Below, one piece after another: positions 1 through 8,241 of a stretch of DNA of 40,314 nt; positions within the stretch are counted from its first letter, which is position 1, and every line of letters starts with the position of its first letter. A model generated the notes under the pieces. That model was not told the DNA's origin. It was given only the letters and a program-made list of their open reading frames with translations, and ran no database searches. Position numbers and translations under genes: made by a program. Source of the DNA: Methanocorpusculum sp. (lineage in GTDB: Archaea; Halobacteriota; Methanomicrobia; Methanomicrobiales; Methanocorpusculaceae); NCBI GenBank assembly GCA_030539595.1, contig JAUNXW010000001.1:1-40314 (forward strand). Reading direction: 5' to 3'.

Positions 1-25
1 GATTTAGTCTAAGTTTTCTGTTGCG

Positions 26-219
26 GTGAGTGAACGAAGTGAACTCACTTCGCAAATCATTGATTCGCAAACATTTTGTTTGCTCGCAAGCCTAAAGTCT
101 TGCTCAGCTAAAGATGCTAAAGCATCTCGCCTCAACTAAGAGACCTTCAGTCTCCGCATTTGCTCGACTGAGAAACCTAAAGGTTTCCGTCTTAGCTGAG
201 CAAGCCGAAGGCTGGCGAG
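26..219. repeat. Modular hairpin-array repeat (REP/MITE-like), longest copy
   Basis: Tandem short hairpins: GCAAACA-ttt-TGTTTGC 67-83, AGATGC-taaa-GCATCT 112-127, GAGAC-cttca-GTCTC 140-154, GAAACC-taaa-GGTTTC 172-187. Long-range pair TGCTCAGCTAA 101-111 / TTAGCTGAGCA 192-202. 83-134 matches 30383-30434 at 50/52 nt. Confidence 0.85.
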
Positions 220-313
220 TGACTTTCGTGGTGTAACAAAAAGCGCTCCAATCTCAACAAGATACTCGCTCAAATTAATATAAATATCAGAATACACTAT
301 TGTGCAGCCTCTC

Positions 314-1444
314 TTACACCGCGCCTCTTTTAAAAATATTTTTCTTTGCCTTAAGATACACCGATGCGCAGATGTATGAAGCAATTATTATACACACAGC
401 AAGAATAACAGCTGCTGTGTATGAAACAGGAAGAACTCCAAGAGGTATTGCGGCATAATAATACAGACTTCCGATAATTACCCATTGTGCACAGTAAACA
501 TTTGTAATTTTTTTACTGAACTGTCCAGAGATATTTAATAAAAATCCTGTTTTGATTTTTCTTACGGCGAAATAAATTACACCTGTCCATAGACCGATAA
601 AAAGCAGAGTCCACAGAACGCTCAAACAGTTCTGGTTGTAATAAATCCCATTGAAGGTTGTGAAGAAACTGATTATATCCACTCCCAGAATCAAATATAC
701 AAACGTCAGAAACACAAAACCTGCTCCGCAGATAAGTGTAACTTTTTTGTAGAGACTGCCTTTGTTACCGGTGTTGATTAACAGCTGGCCGAATAGATAT
801 CCCATAACCGGGTAAATCAGCCATTGAGCGAACGGGAAAAATGAAAAATCGTTGTTTTGCCAGAACATCCAGCCTGCAAATAAATTTACAATCGGATTCT
901 CTGGACATATTGACGGTGATACAAAATAACTTACGAGCAAGAGGATTACCGGAATTATGAATACTATAATGTTGTTCAATTTGAATATTTTAACCAACAC
1001 AAAGAATAAAAACACGAGGAAAGCGAAATTAAGTATGTCACATTTTAAGAACCAGTCCAATAATAATGTAATATATGACATATCTCCGGTTGCGAAGTAT
1101 AAGACTATTCGAGGAATTACATCAGAAAAAAGTGACAGCAGAAAGGCTATTCCAAGAATAATCCATGCCCTGCTGAAAAGGTGTTTTGCTGTTGACCGTT
1201 TTGAGTAAATTATTCCTATTCCAAGGCAGAACATAAATACAGGTGCAGCTGCAGGTCCGCCGAAGAATTCAAAAAAGAATGAGATGATTCCGTCAGGAGC
1301 TGCAGTGATTGTCTGGACAGTATATATTTCCTGTAATATGAACCGTTCATAGACATGAACAAATATCATGGCGATTATTGCGAAAAATTTTATAAAATCT
1401 ATTTCGGTCTGTCTTCCCGGATTTTTATAGGCAGTGTCTGGCAT
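314..1444 (-). CDS. Multi-pass membrane acyltransferase (heparan-alpha-glucosaminide N-acetyltransferase-like / DUF1624 type)
   Basis: N-terminal RQTEIDFIKFFAIIAMIFVH, AAPVFMFCLG, DIL and FPFAQW motifs; about 10 hydrophobic segments. Confidence 0.75.
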   Translation of the reverse strand: MPDTAYKNPGRQTEIDFIKFFAIIAMIFVHVYERFILQEIYTVQTITAAPDGIISFFFEFFGGPAAAPVFMFCLGIGIIYSKRSTAKHLFSRAWIILGIAFLLSLFSDVIPRIVLYFATGDMSYITLLLDWFLKCDILNFAFLVFLFFVLVKIFKLNNIIVFIIPVILLLVSYFVSPSICPENPIVNLFAGWMFWQNNDFSFFPFAQWLIYPVMGYLFGQLLINTGNKGSLYKKVTLICGAGFVFLTFVYLILGVDIISFFTTFNGIYYNQNCLSVLWTLLFIGLWTGVIYFAVRKIKTGFLLNISGQFSKKITNVYCAQWVIIGSLYYYAAIPLGVLPVSYTAAVILAVCIIIASYICASVYLKAKKNIFKRGAV

Positions 1445-1462
1445 TAAATTTTATATTTTGTG

Positions 1463-2239
1463 TTATTGGAATATATATTTATGTTGAAGAAAGTGTCTCA
1501 CGATGACAGCAGCCGCGACTGCTCCTGCTGTCAACCCAATTAAAGATATTGGAGATTGTGTCGGCTCGGGAATTGCCGTTTTATCATCTTTGACAATTAA
1601 CGGAACTGATGAATCAGGCAATTCGGGCTGAATTTCAAATATTTTTTCCGGGACCTCATCTGTATTTTTTACTGAGCCGAGAGGCCCATTATTTTCTGCA
1701 TATGAATCCGCGTCATCGGAAATTTCATCTTCATCTGTTCTGAAATTAATCGACACGGTGTTTTCAATAACTTTTGGACTGTCGCTGTTTTGTGAAACGG
1801 CTGACAGCACGCCGATTGTGAGTTTATATTCAGCACCCGAGCGAAGAGATTCGGTATTATTAATTCTAACCGCAAACAGCCTGACTGTTGTGTTTGTAAT
1901 TGTTTGACTCCCCGAAGATATGACCGATGCGAGTTTATTTCCGTTGACAACCGAAGTCCAACCGCTGCAGTCCTTAAGGGATATTCCTAAATCCCATTCT
2001 GAAAGTCGTGCATTTACCGCATAACCGCAGAGCGTTCCTCCCTGAACAGTTATATTTATGGGAATTTCAACGTCACATCCTCTGATAATGTAAATCCGTC
2101 CGTTTTCAATTAAGAGATTGTTCGCGTTTTCTGTATCGAGACTGAAACCTACATTGACTGCAGCTGACGGCTGAACAATCAGGATTAACAAAACTGCCGT
2201 GATTAAAATTCCGATAAGCGTCTCCATTCTGTTTTTCAT
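1463..2239 (-). CDS. Secreted, C-terminally anchored surface protein with a cohesin-like beta domain
   Basis: Signal peptide (…VQPSAA), beta-rich domain (VEIPINITVQGG…SGWTSVVNGNKLAS…LFAVRI), acidic/Pro linker, PTQSP + TM helix + RH tail. Confidence 0.6.
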   Translation of the reverse strand: MKNRMETLIGILITAVLLILIVQPSAAVNVGFSLDTENANNLLIENGRIYIIRGCDVEIPINITVQGGTLCGYAVNARLSEWDLGISLKDCSGWTSVVNGNKLASVISSGSQTITNTTVRLFAVRINNTESLRSGAEYKLTIGVLSAVSQNSDSPKVIENTVSINFRTDEDEISDDADSYAENNGPLGSVKNTDEVPEKIFEIQPELPDSSVPLIVKDDKTAIPEPTQSPISLIGLTAGAVAAAVIVRHFLQHKYIFQ

Positions 2240-3288
2240 AAATACCTGCGCCTGCGTTTCCGCGCAACAAACACACCCGTGATAACTATAATCAGCAGAC
2301 CTGAACCCTGCCAGGCTGTATTTACAGGTTCAGGCTCTCCGGCAGCTGTGTATATGCTTTCAGTCTGAAAAACAGAACCGCCTTTATCATAACCGAGTAC
2401 AAAAGCTCCCGAACTCCAAGTTTCAATTGTTAATTGAACTGTGCCGTCATAAAATATCGGCTCACCGAGAACAGTGCATTCATACCATTTGCCGTTTACT
2501 GCATGAAGCACGAATAAATTTTCTGCCGTGAGCCCAAGTTCATCAAGTCTGTTTTCTTCCACCCCGAAGGTTACAAAATATTTTTCGCCTGAGGGCAGCT
2601 CCGTATAAACTTCATCAACCGAAAAATATCCGAGTCGTTCAGGCAGAGCAAATATTCCAGCCGAGCTGGTGAATATTGTAACCAAACTCTCATTGAAGCC
2701 TGCAATATTCACAGAAACAACACCCGTTCTGTCCCCTGAAAAATAAATGCCTGAGACGTTAGTCGTCCCGCAGCGGATAGTTGCACCGCTTTCAAAATCC
2801 CCTGCGGTGATACCAGAACCACTTCCGCTTACAGTAAGCGTGCCGTTGATAATTGTGTAGTCCGATTCGTTAGAGGCTGAGTTTTCATAGATATAGACGT
2901 CATAGATTTCTATTGGAATTATTCCTTCTTCACGCGGAGTTACTGCAAGATAGATTAATGTCTCTTCACCGAAAATGTGATTTGTGCGGTTGTTGCCCGC
3001 ATCAAACCAGTAAACAACTCTGCCGCTGCTGAAAGCACCTGCTTTTCTTACCGAGTCGGCACTTACAACAATTTTTGCGAAAGCGTCGTCCTGTGTTTTT
3101 ACGGAAAACTGCCACGCGACTATGTTGTCGGCTCCGGAAACAGTTACCGGAACAAGAATTGTATCTGTGGTTTTGCCGATGAGACCTGCAGTATCAACAG
3201 AAATTGTTCCGGCTGCTGCCGTAACGGTCAAAAGCATAACCGACAGAATCAGAACCGCCGCGGCAAGTTTGTATTTTTTTGTTGTCAT
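2236..3288 (-). CDS. Secreted cohesin-domain protein with PGF-pre-PGF-like domain and C-terminal membrane anchor
   Basis: Signal peptide; cohesin-like pattern TILVPVTVSGADNIVAWQF…VYWFD…LIYLAVT…NGTLTV; later VTFGVEENRLDELGLTAENLFVLHAVNGKW typical of PGF-pre-PGF; TM + RKRRRR tail. Start placed at ATG 3288 (ORF track 3306). Confidence 0.7.
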   Translation of the reverse strand: MTTKKYKLAAAVLILSVMLLTVTAAAGTISVDTAGLIGKTTDTILVPVTVSGADNIVAWQFSVKTQDDAFAKIVVSADSVRKAGAFSSGRVVYWFDAGNNRTNHIFGEETLIYLAVTPREEGIIPIEIYDVYIYENSASNESDYTIINGTLTVSGSGSGITAGDFESGATIRCGTTNVSGIYFSGDRTGVVSVNIAGFNESLVTIFTSSAGIFALPERLGYFSVDEVYTELPSGEKYFVTFGVEENRLDELGLTAENLFVLHAVNGKWYECTVLGEPIFYDGTVQLTIETWSSGAFVLGYDKGGSVFQTESIYTAAGEPEPVNTAWQGSGLLIIVITGVFVARKRRRRYL

Positions 3289-3290
3289 AG

Positions 3291-4691
3291 TCAGGAAATC
3301 TGCCAAGGCTTGAGGTCAACGATATATTTGTTGACTGCAAGAATGTCTGCGACGTTGACAATTCCGTCACCGCCTTTTTTGTTGCAGTCAGCATAGATAA
3401 ATTCTTCATTCGCAGGATTAATCAGCGATACGGTAATCATCCCGATAATTGCCGAATCTGTAATTTCAACGCCGTCTTTTTTGTTTACGTCGCCGAGCCT
3501 GAACCCTGTAAGTTTGATTACCGCATCATTTTCCGTTCCGTCGGCTGATGACTGAAAGACAGTGAAATTATTTTCCGCGTTTACGCAAACTGCGTAATCG
3601 GTAAATCCAACATGTGTTTCCGTCAGAATATATTCCCAGTCTGAAACAGACTTTGTATTTCCTGTGAGATTTGCAGCAGGCACATGCGAATCCCAGAGAA
3701 TATTTTCGTTTCCGGTTGAATTGAAGCGTGTAGGTCCGGGCTTTACGTTATAGGTAATCACTCTTTCCGTGTTGAAGTTCCAGCCCGAATTGTCTGTTCC
3801 GTCATTTTCTGCGGCTGTATCTCTGTTGTCAGAGACCGAACTTTTCCAGTTCTGAGCGATGACAGAAATTTCTGCGTCCGTATCTGAAATTTCTTTGACT
3901 GATACTGTAAGCGTCCCGCTTCCAATATCGTTTACGGTTACTGTGCCGACCGAATTTTCAGAATCTGAAACGCTTACTGCTCCTGAAGCAGCCCAGTTTA
4001 TTTTATGAATATTTTCGTCTAAGTTTTCATCTGCAGTTAATGCAACTACATAATTCGGATTTTCTTTGTAAAGATAAATCACAGACAGCGGATTTTCAAC
4101 AGCAGACTGGCCGTAAAATCTGAATCCTGTAATAGACGGTTTTTTGAGAATATAGAATGTGAACGAGTTCTGAATTATGTTCACAGTTGAGTAACTGTCA
4201 ACAGTTCCTGCGTTTGCTGACGCAACAGATGCTTTTCCGCTGACGGAAACTGTGTATGAGACTGCCGCGCCTGCGGATGATTCTCCGCTTCTCAGAACAA
4301 ATTTGGCTAAGTCGGCGTTGTTCTCAAACACTGCTCCTCCGTTTCGTGAAGCGGCAAATAAATTTCCGTTTTGAATCCCCTGCCAGTTTGACGGAACAGC
4401 CGCAGTTGAATAAATTATGTTTCCGTCAAACTGATTTACGGGATTTGACAGGTTTGTAATTGTGATGTTGTAAGCGCTGATTGATTCAGTGCCGCCGGAA
4501 GATGCGTTTATTATAAGTTCAGCATCTGAGTTTTCATTAATCCAGTAATGGTTTCCTCCAAGTGTTGACAGATAGTTGAATCCTGCTGCGGGTTCGAACT
4601 GAATATTTACATCAGCCGATGCTGTTCCTATAAACACTGCTGAAAGTATTATCATCAGGATGATGACAGATTTTATTTTGGTTCTCTTCAT
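3291..4691 (-). CDS. Secreted protein: cohesin-like domain, Ig-like domain, C-terminal dockerin
   Basis: Signal peptide; C-terminal duplicated Ca-binding loops LGDVNKKDGVEITD…ADCNKKGGDGIVNVAD (about 3291-3494). GAGGT RBS precedes ATG 4691. Confidence 0.75.
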   Translation of the reverse strand: MKRTKIKSVIILMIILSAVFIGTASADVNIQFEPAAGFNYLSTLGGNHYWINENSDAELIINASSGGTESISAYNITITNLSNPVNQFDGNIIYSTAAVPSNWQGIQNGNLFAASRNGGAVFENNADLAKFVLRSGESSAGAAVSYTVSVSGKASVASANAGTVDSYSTVNIIQNSFTFYILKKPSITGFRFYGQSAVENPLSVIYLYKENPNYVVALTADENLDENIHKINWAASGAVSVSDSENSVGTVTVNDIGSGTLTVSVKEISDTDAEISVIAQNWKSSVSDNRDTAAENDGTDNSGWNFNTERVITYNVKPGPTRFNSTGNENILWDSHVPAANLTGNTKSVSDWEYILTETHVGFTDYAVCVNAENNFTVFQSSADGTENDAVIKLTGFRLGDVNKKDGVEITDSAIIGMITVSLINPANEEFIYADCNKKGGDGIVNVADILAVNKYIVDLKPWQIS

Positions 4692-4714
4692 TTTTACCTC
4701 AATTTTCGTCAGCC

Positions 4715-6439
4715 TCATCCTTTTTGGGAATCATCGACAGCCTCATACGCAAAATCAGATAAACCGACAATATACTTCAATACACACAGTGAATCGTTTT
4801 GATTGAGTTCGTCGTCCGATTCACCGATAACTGCGTTTGAGTTCACTTTTTCCTCTTCGCTGAGCACAAGAGTATTCATAGAATATGCCGAAATCAGAGC
4901 CGCGTCTGTTATATCAACAACATTGTCTTTGTTCGTGTCGCCCAATTTAGAGCCGGAATATTCATATGTGTAATTTCCTGACGGAGATATGAGATTTATC
5001 TGACCGAAGTTGTCTATGAAATAATCAGTGCCCAGGATAAGTTCTGTCTCATTTTTAACGGTGAAGTTTACCGTATAGCTGTAAACTCCGCGGGTGATGT
5101 TCGGCTGTCTGACCACTGAATAATTTTTTGGAACTTCGAGATATTTTATCCGAGATTCATTTATTGCGCTCCAGATTTCGCACAAGTTGTCTTCTCTGAA
5201 GGCTTCGTCTGTTGTGACTGTAATTTTTTTAGAGAGGACGCCTGCATAAATTTCAGCCGTTCCTGCGGTCTTTGCTTTGTAGTTTCCTGACGGAGTTACT
5301 TCAAGAACTGTGGAATTATCTGCGGAAAAAATACATTCTGTGTCTGATAAGAGTAAACCTTCTGTTCCGCAGAATATGAATGATGATATTCCTTCTATGC
5401 TTTGAGCAGTTTCATCGGGAACAAGATACTCAGCGCTGCCTGTGAAATTTTCTTTCAGACATTTTGGAACAGGTAAAACAAAATACGGATTTCCTTCATT
5501 CATCTTCCAGTCATTTTCAAAATCGAAGCAGAGCGTATTTTCAAAAAATGTTCTGTTGTTCCAGAGATTTTTTCGAGAAATGTTAATGCCGTCTGTATTT
5601 GGTGAAAGCATTTCATCGAAAGCGAAGGTGTTGATAATATTACTGTTTGGATAAATTCCGCCTGCAATTCTTCCGGATGAAGAACCGACACTATTTACGG
5701 AGTATGTTAATGCTGCTGAATTGTTCAGATATTTATTAAATCCCCCAACGTATCCAATTATACCTCCTACACTGTTGTTTCCGGAAATATTTCCGACAGA
5801 ATAACAGTTAATTATATTCTTCCTACTGTAGCCTGCGATTCCTCCAGCATAATCAGCACTGCTGATGACATTGCCTATAAAACATGAGTTGATTATATCA
5901 GTAGAATCAGCGTATCCAGCCAAACCTCCTGCATATTTGTAAGATGAATTTATATTTCCTTCCGCGATGCAGTTTTGAATCAACCCATTTTTTATGTTTC
6001 CTACAATTAATCCGCATTGATATTTTGAGTCAATTTTTCCAGAGACGCTGATGTTTGTGAGATTTGAATTTTCAGCGACGCCAAATAATCCGTAATAATT
6101 TATTTCTGTGCCGACAATATTTAGATTGTAAATTTTGTAACCGTTTCCGTCAAAATTACCTTTGAATCTGCTTGAACTGTTACCAATAGGTTTCCAGTCA
6201 ACAGATTTTAAATTTATACTGCAGACAACAGTGTAATTTTTTGAAGAATAGTTATCAATGCCTGAATTTGTAAGATAAGATAGGTTCTGCAAATCAGATG
6301 CCGATGAAATCTTATACGGATACTCTCTGCTTCCGTCAGAATCAGAATCACACGGAAAAAATTCACTGTAAGCTGTCGATGAATTTACAAACAGAATTAT
6401 GACGGCAAAGAGAATTGAGATTTTTATTAAATCAGGCAT
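4715..6439 (-). CDS. Secreted GLUG-repeat (adhesin-like) protein with C-terminal dockerin
   Basis: Signal peptide; GSREYPYKISS, WKPIG…FKGNFDGNGYKIYNL, repeats YAGGLAGY/YAGGIAGY/VGGIIGY; dockerin LGDTNKDNVVDITD…LKYIVGL (about 4715-4942). Start may be 6439, 6448 or 6469. Confidence 0.8.
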   Translation of the reverse strand: MPDLIKISILFAVIILFVNSSTAYSEFFPCDSDSDGSREYPYKISSASDLQNLSYLTNSGIDNYSSKNYTVVCSINLKSVDWKPIGNSSSRFKGNFDGNGYKIYNLNIVGTEINYYGLFGVAENSNLTNISVSGKIDSKYQCGLIVGNIKNGLIQNCIAEGNINSSYKYAGGLAGYADSTDIINSCFIGNVISSADYAGGIAGYSRKNIINCYSVGNISGNNSVGGIIGYVGGFNKYLNNSAALTYSVNSVGSSSGRIAGGIYPNSNIINTFAFDEMLSPNTDGINISRKNLWNNRTFFENTLCFDFENDWKMNEGNPYFVLPVPKCLKENFTGSAEYLVPDETAQSIEGISSFIFCGTEGLLLSDTECIFSADNSTVLEVTPSGNYKAKTAGTAEIYAGVLSKKITVTTDEAFREDNLCEIWSAINESRIKYLEVPKNYSVVRQPNITRGVYSYTVNFTVKNETELILGTDYFIDNFGQINLISPSGNYTYEYSGSKLGDTNKDNVVDITDAALISAYSMNTLVLSEEEKVNSNAVIGESDDELNQNDSLCVLKYIVGLSDFAYEAVDDSQKG

Positions 6440-6515
6440 ACGAAACATCTCCCGTGCTATGCAGGACATATTAAAAAGTATGATATATTAATAATTTGGA
6501 CTGCAAAATGCTGTC

Positions 6516-6536
6516 AAAAGCATGCTTTTTGCATGC
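6516..6536. promoter_or_regulatory. Candidate operator GCATGC-N5-GCATGC, copy 1
   Basis: AAAAGCATGCTTTTTGCATGC; its exact reverse complement is at 20048-20068. Lies just upstream of an AT-rich TATA-like box of the surface-protein operon. Confidence 0.5.
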
Positions 6537-6617
6537 TTAAAAAAATTATTTCGCCATAAATGGATGGCTTTGGTCAATCGAAGATAATCACGGGATTAAA
6601 AAAAATCATTGGATGAG

Positions 6618-7358
6618 TTATTCGGTTTCGCCGAGAAGTCTCAATAACTCTTTCTGCGTTTCAACAACACGCCTTGCGATAAAAATACAGTACTGCTCGG
6701 TGTCTTTGTGAGCGGTCTCAAGAGATTCTATATACTCGCGTCTTAAAATCGGCGGAATCACAGTTATTGTATATCCGTTTCTGAGCAGTGCAAGATTCAT
6801 TAAGAGTCTTGCTACTCGTCCGTTTCCGTCAATAAACGGGTGAATGAATACAAATTTCAGATGAACAAGAGCCGCGAACTCAACAGGATGAAGAATAGAT
6901 TCGTTTGAGTTGAACCACTCAACAAAATCATTCATAAGAGATTTTAGTTTTTCTGGATTTGGCAGAGGGTATCTGCTCCCGCTTATGAAAACTCTGCTTT
7001 CCCTGAATTTGCCCGCACGTTTTTCATCAATCTGACTGTAGAATAATTTATGAATTGTCAATATATGGTCTAAGGTTATCGGCTGTTTTTCTGCGATTGA
7101 GTATAAGTATTCGTATGCTTTTGCGTGACCGACCGCTTCGTAAATATCTCTTAGGGGTTTTCCGTCAATTGTGAGACCATCCTCAAGAACTATTTTTGTT
7201 TCCGATTCGGTGAGGCTGTTTCCTTCCAAAGCGTTGCTTGAATAGGTCAGACCTATCTTGTAGTAATTTCTCATTGACTCAAGAGTATCTGAAGAAAAAG
7301 GGCGAAGACTGTCTATTCTCTTTTTGAGCGAATCACACAACGCATACTTGGAAGTCAT
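6618..7358 (-). CDS. Fic-domain protein (class II, N-terminal autoinhibitory helix)
   Basis: Canonical HPFIDGNGRVAR motif; inhibitory motif SNALEG upstream of it. Confidence 0.92.
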   Translation of the reverse strand: MTSKYALCDSLKKRIDSLRPFSSDTLESMRNYYKIGLTYSSNALEGNSLTESETKIVLEDGLTIDGKPLRDIYEAVGHAKAYEYLYSIAEKQPITLDHILTIHKLFYSQIDEKRAGKFRESRVFISGSRYPLPNPEKLKSLMNDFVEWFNSNESILHPVEFAALVHLKFVFIHPFIDGNGRVARLLMNLALLRNGYTITVIPPILRREYIESLETAHKDTEQYCIFIARRVVETQKELLRLLGETE

Positions 7359-7396
7359 CTGTTATATATTGGTTTTATTATTACTTGATAGTTGAG

Positions 7397-8239
7397 TTAT
7401 TTTATAATTGTAGAATATTTTCTTTCGCAGTCCTCTTTCCAGAATTTAACCGCGTCATCTTCCAGCAGAGCCTCTGAAACAAAAGTCTCCAGACGCGCAG
7501 CTGATGCACTTCTTGAAAAATTTCGTTTGACTTCATCCTTCTGTCTCATCGGCTTAAATTCAAGCCCGCAGGAAATATCATAGAACAAAAGTCCTTCCGC
7601 GGGCGCGGGATGAATTCTGTACTCCGGATTTGCGAGCTGCTTCGCAATTTCTTCGCAGCCGCAAAGACCAAGCCCAACACATTGTAAAATTCCTGCCATT
7701 CCCCGAACCATATTCCATAAAAAACTCTTCGCGGATATTTCAAAAACAGTACCAGACGGGCTGTCAAAAACTCTTGAAGAGATAACTGTTCTTATCGGGT
7801 CGCGCCCCTTCTCCATTTTTGAAAATCCCGAGAAGTCATGAGTTCCTTCGAAAAGTTTCGCCGCCTCGTTCATCTTTGATGAATCAAGCGGATAGGGGAA
7901 ATAATATCTGTATGTTCTCTGCGTCGCTGAGTATCTCGCAGAAAATGCATCATCGACCTCAGCAAAGCCCACGCACCAGATGTCATCGGGCAGATGAAAA
8001 TTCAAAGCCTCTTTCGCGAGGTCCGGCTTATCCGTTCTGACGGTGATTAACTGTTTCCTTGCGGAAACGCCTTTGTCTGTTCTTCCGGCTGTCCTGAACT
8101 CAGCCGCCTTCGGCGAATCCCAGAGTTTCATGGAAATTCCCGTCTCTATGAACTCACCTTCAACCGTTCTTTTATCGGGCTGAAACTGAGAGCCGGCAAA
8201 ATTTCTTCCGTCGTATCCGATTAAAAATGCGAGTTTCAT
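7397..8239 (-). CDS. truA: tRNA pseudouridine(38-40) synthase
   Basis: YDGRNFAGSQ, AGRTDKGVSA, GTHDFSGF, SFLWNMVR. Start set at MKLAF (8239), just after the PHP gene stop. Confidence 0.95.
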   Translation of the reverse strand: MKLAFLIGYDGRNFAGSQFQPDKRTVEGEFIETGISMKLWDSPKAAEFRTAGRTDKGVSARKQLITVRTDKPDLAKEALNFHLPDDIWCVGFAEVDDAFSARYSATQRTYRYYFPYPLDSSKMNEAAKLFEGTHDFSGFSKMEKGRDPIRTVISSRVFDSPSGTVFEISAKSFLWNMVRGMAGILQCVGLGLCGCEEIAKQLANPEYRIHPAPAEGLLFYDISCGLEFKPMRQKDEVKRNFSRSASAARLETFVSEALLEDDAVKFWKEDCERKYSTIIK

Positions 8240-8241
8240 AA

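Noticed and set aside
26-219. CRISPR array interpretation of the hairpin array
   Set aside because: No constant repeat alternating with unique spacers; the modules themselves recur between loci.
136-384. 82-aa minus-strand ORF
   Set aside because: It runs through the repeat element and overlaps the acyltransferase end; likely spurious.
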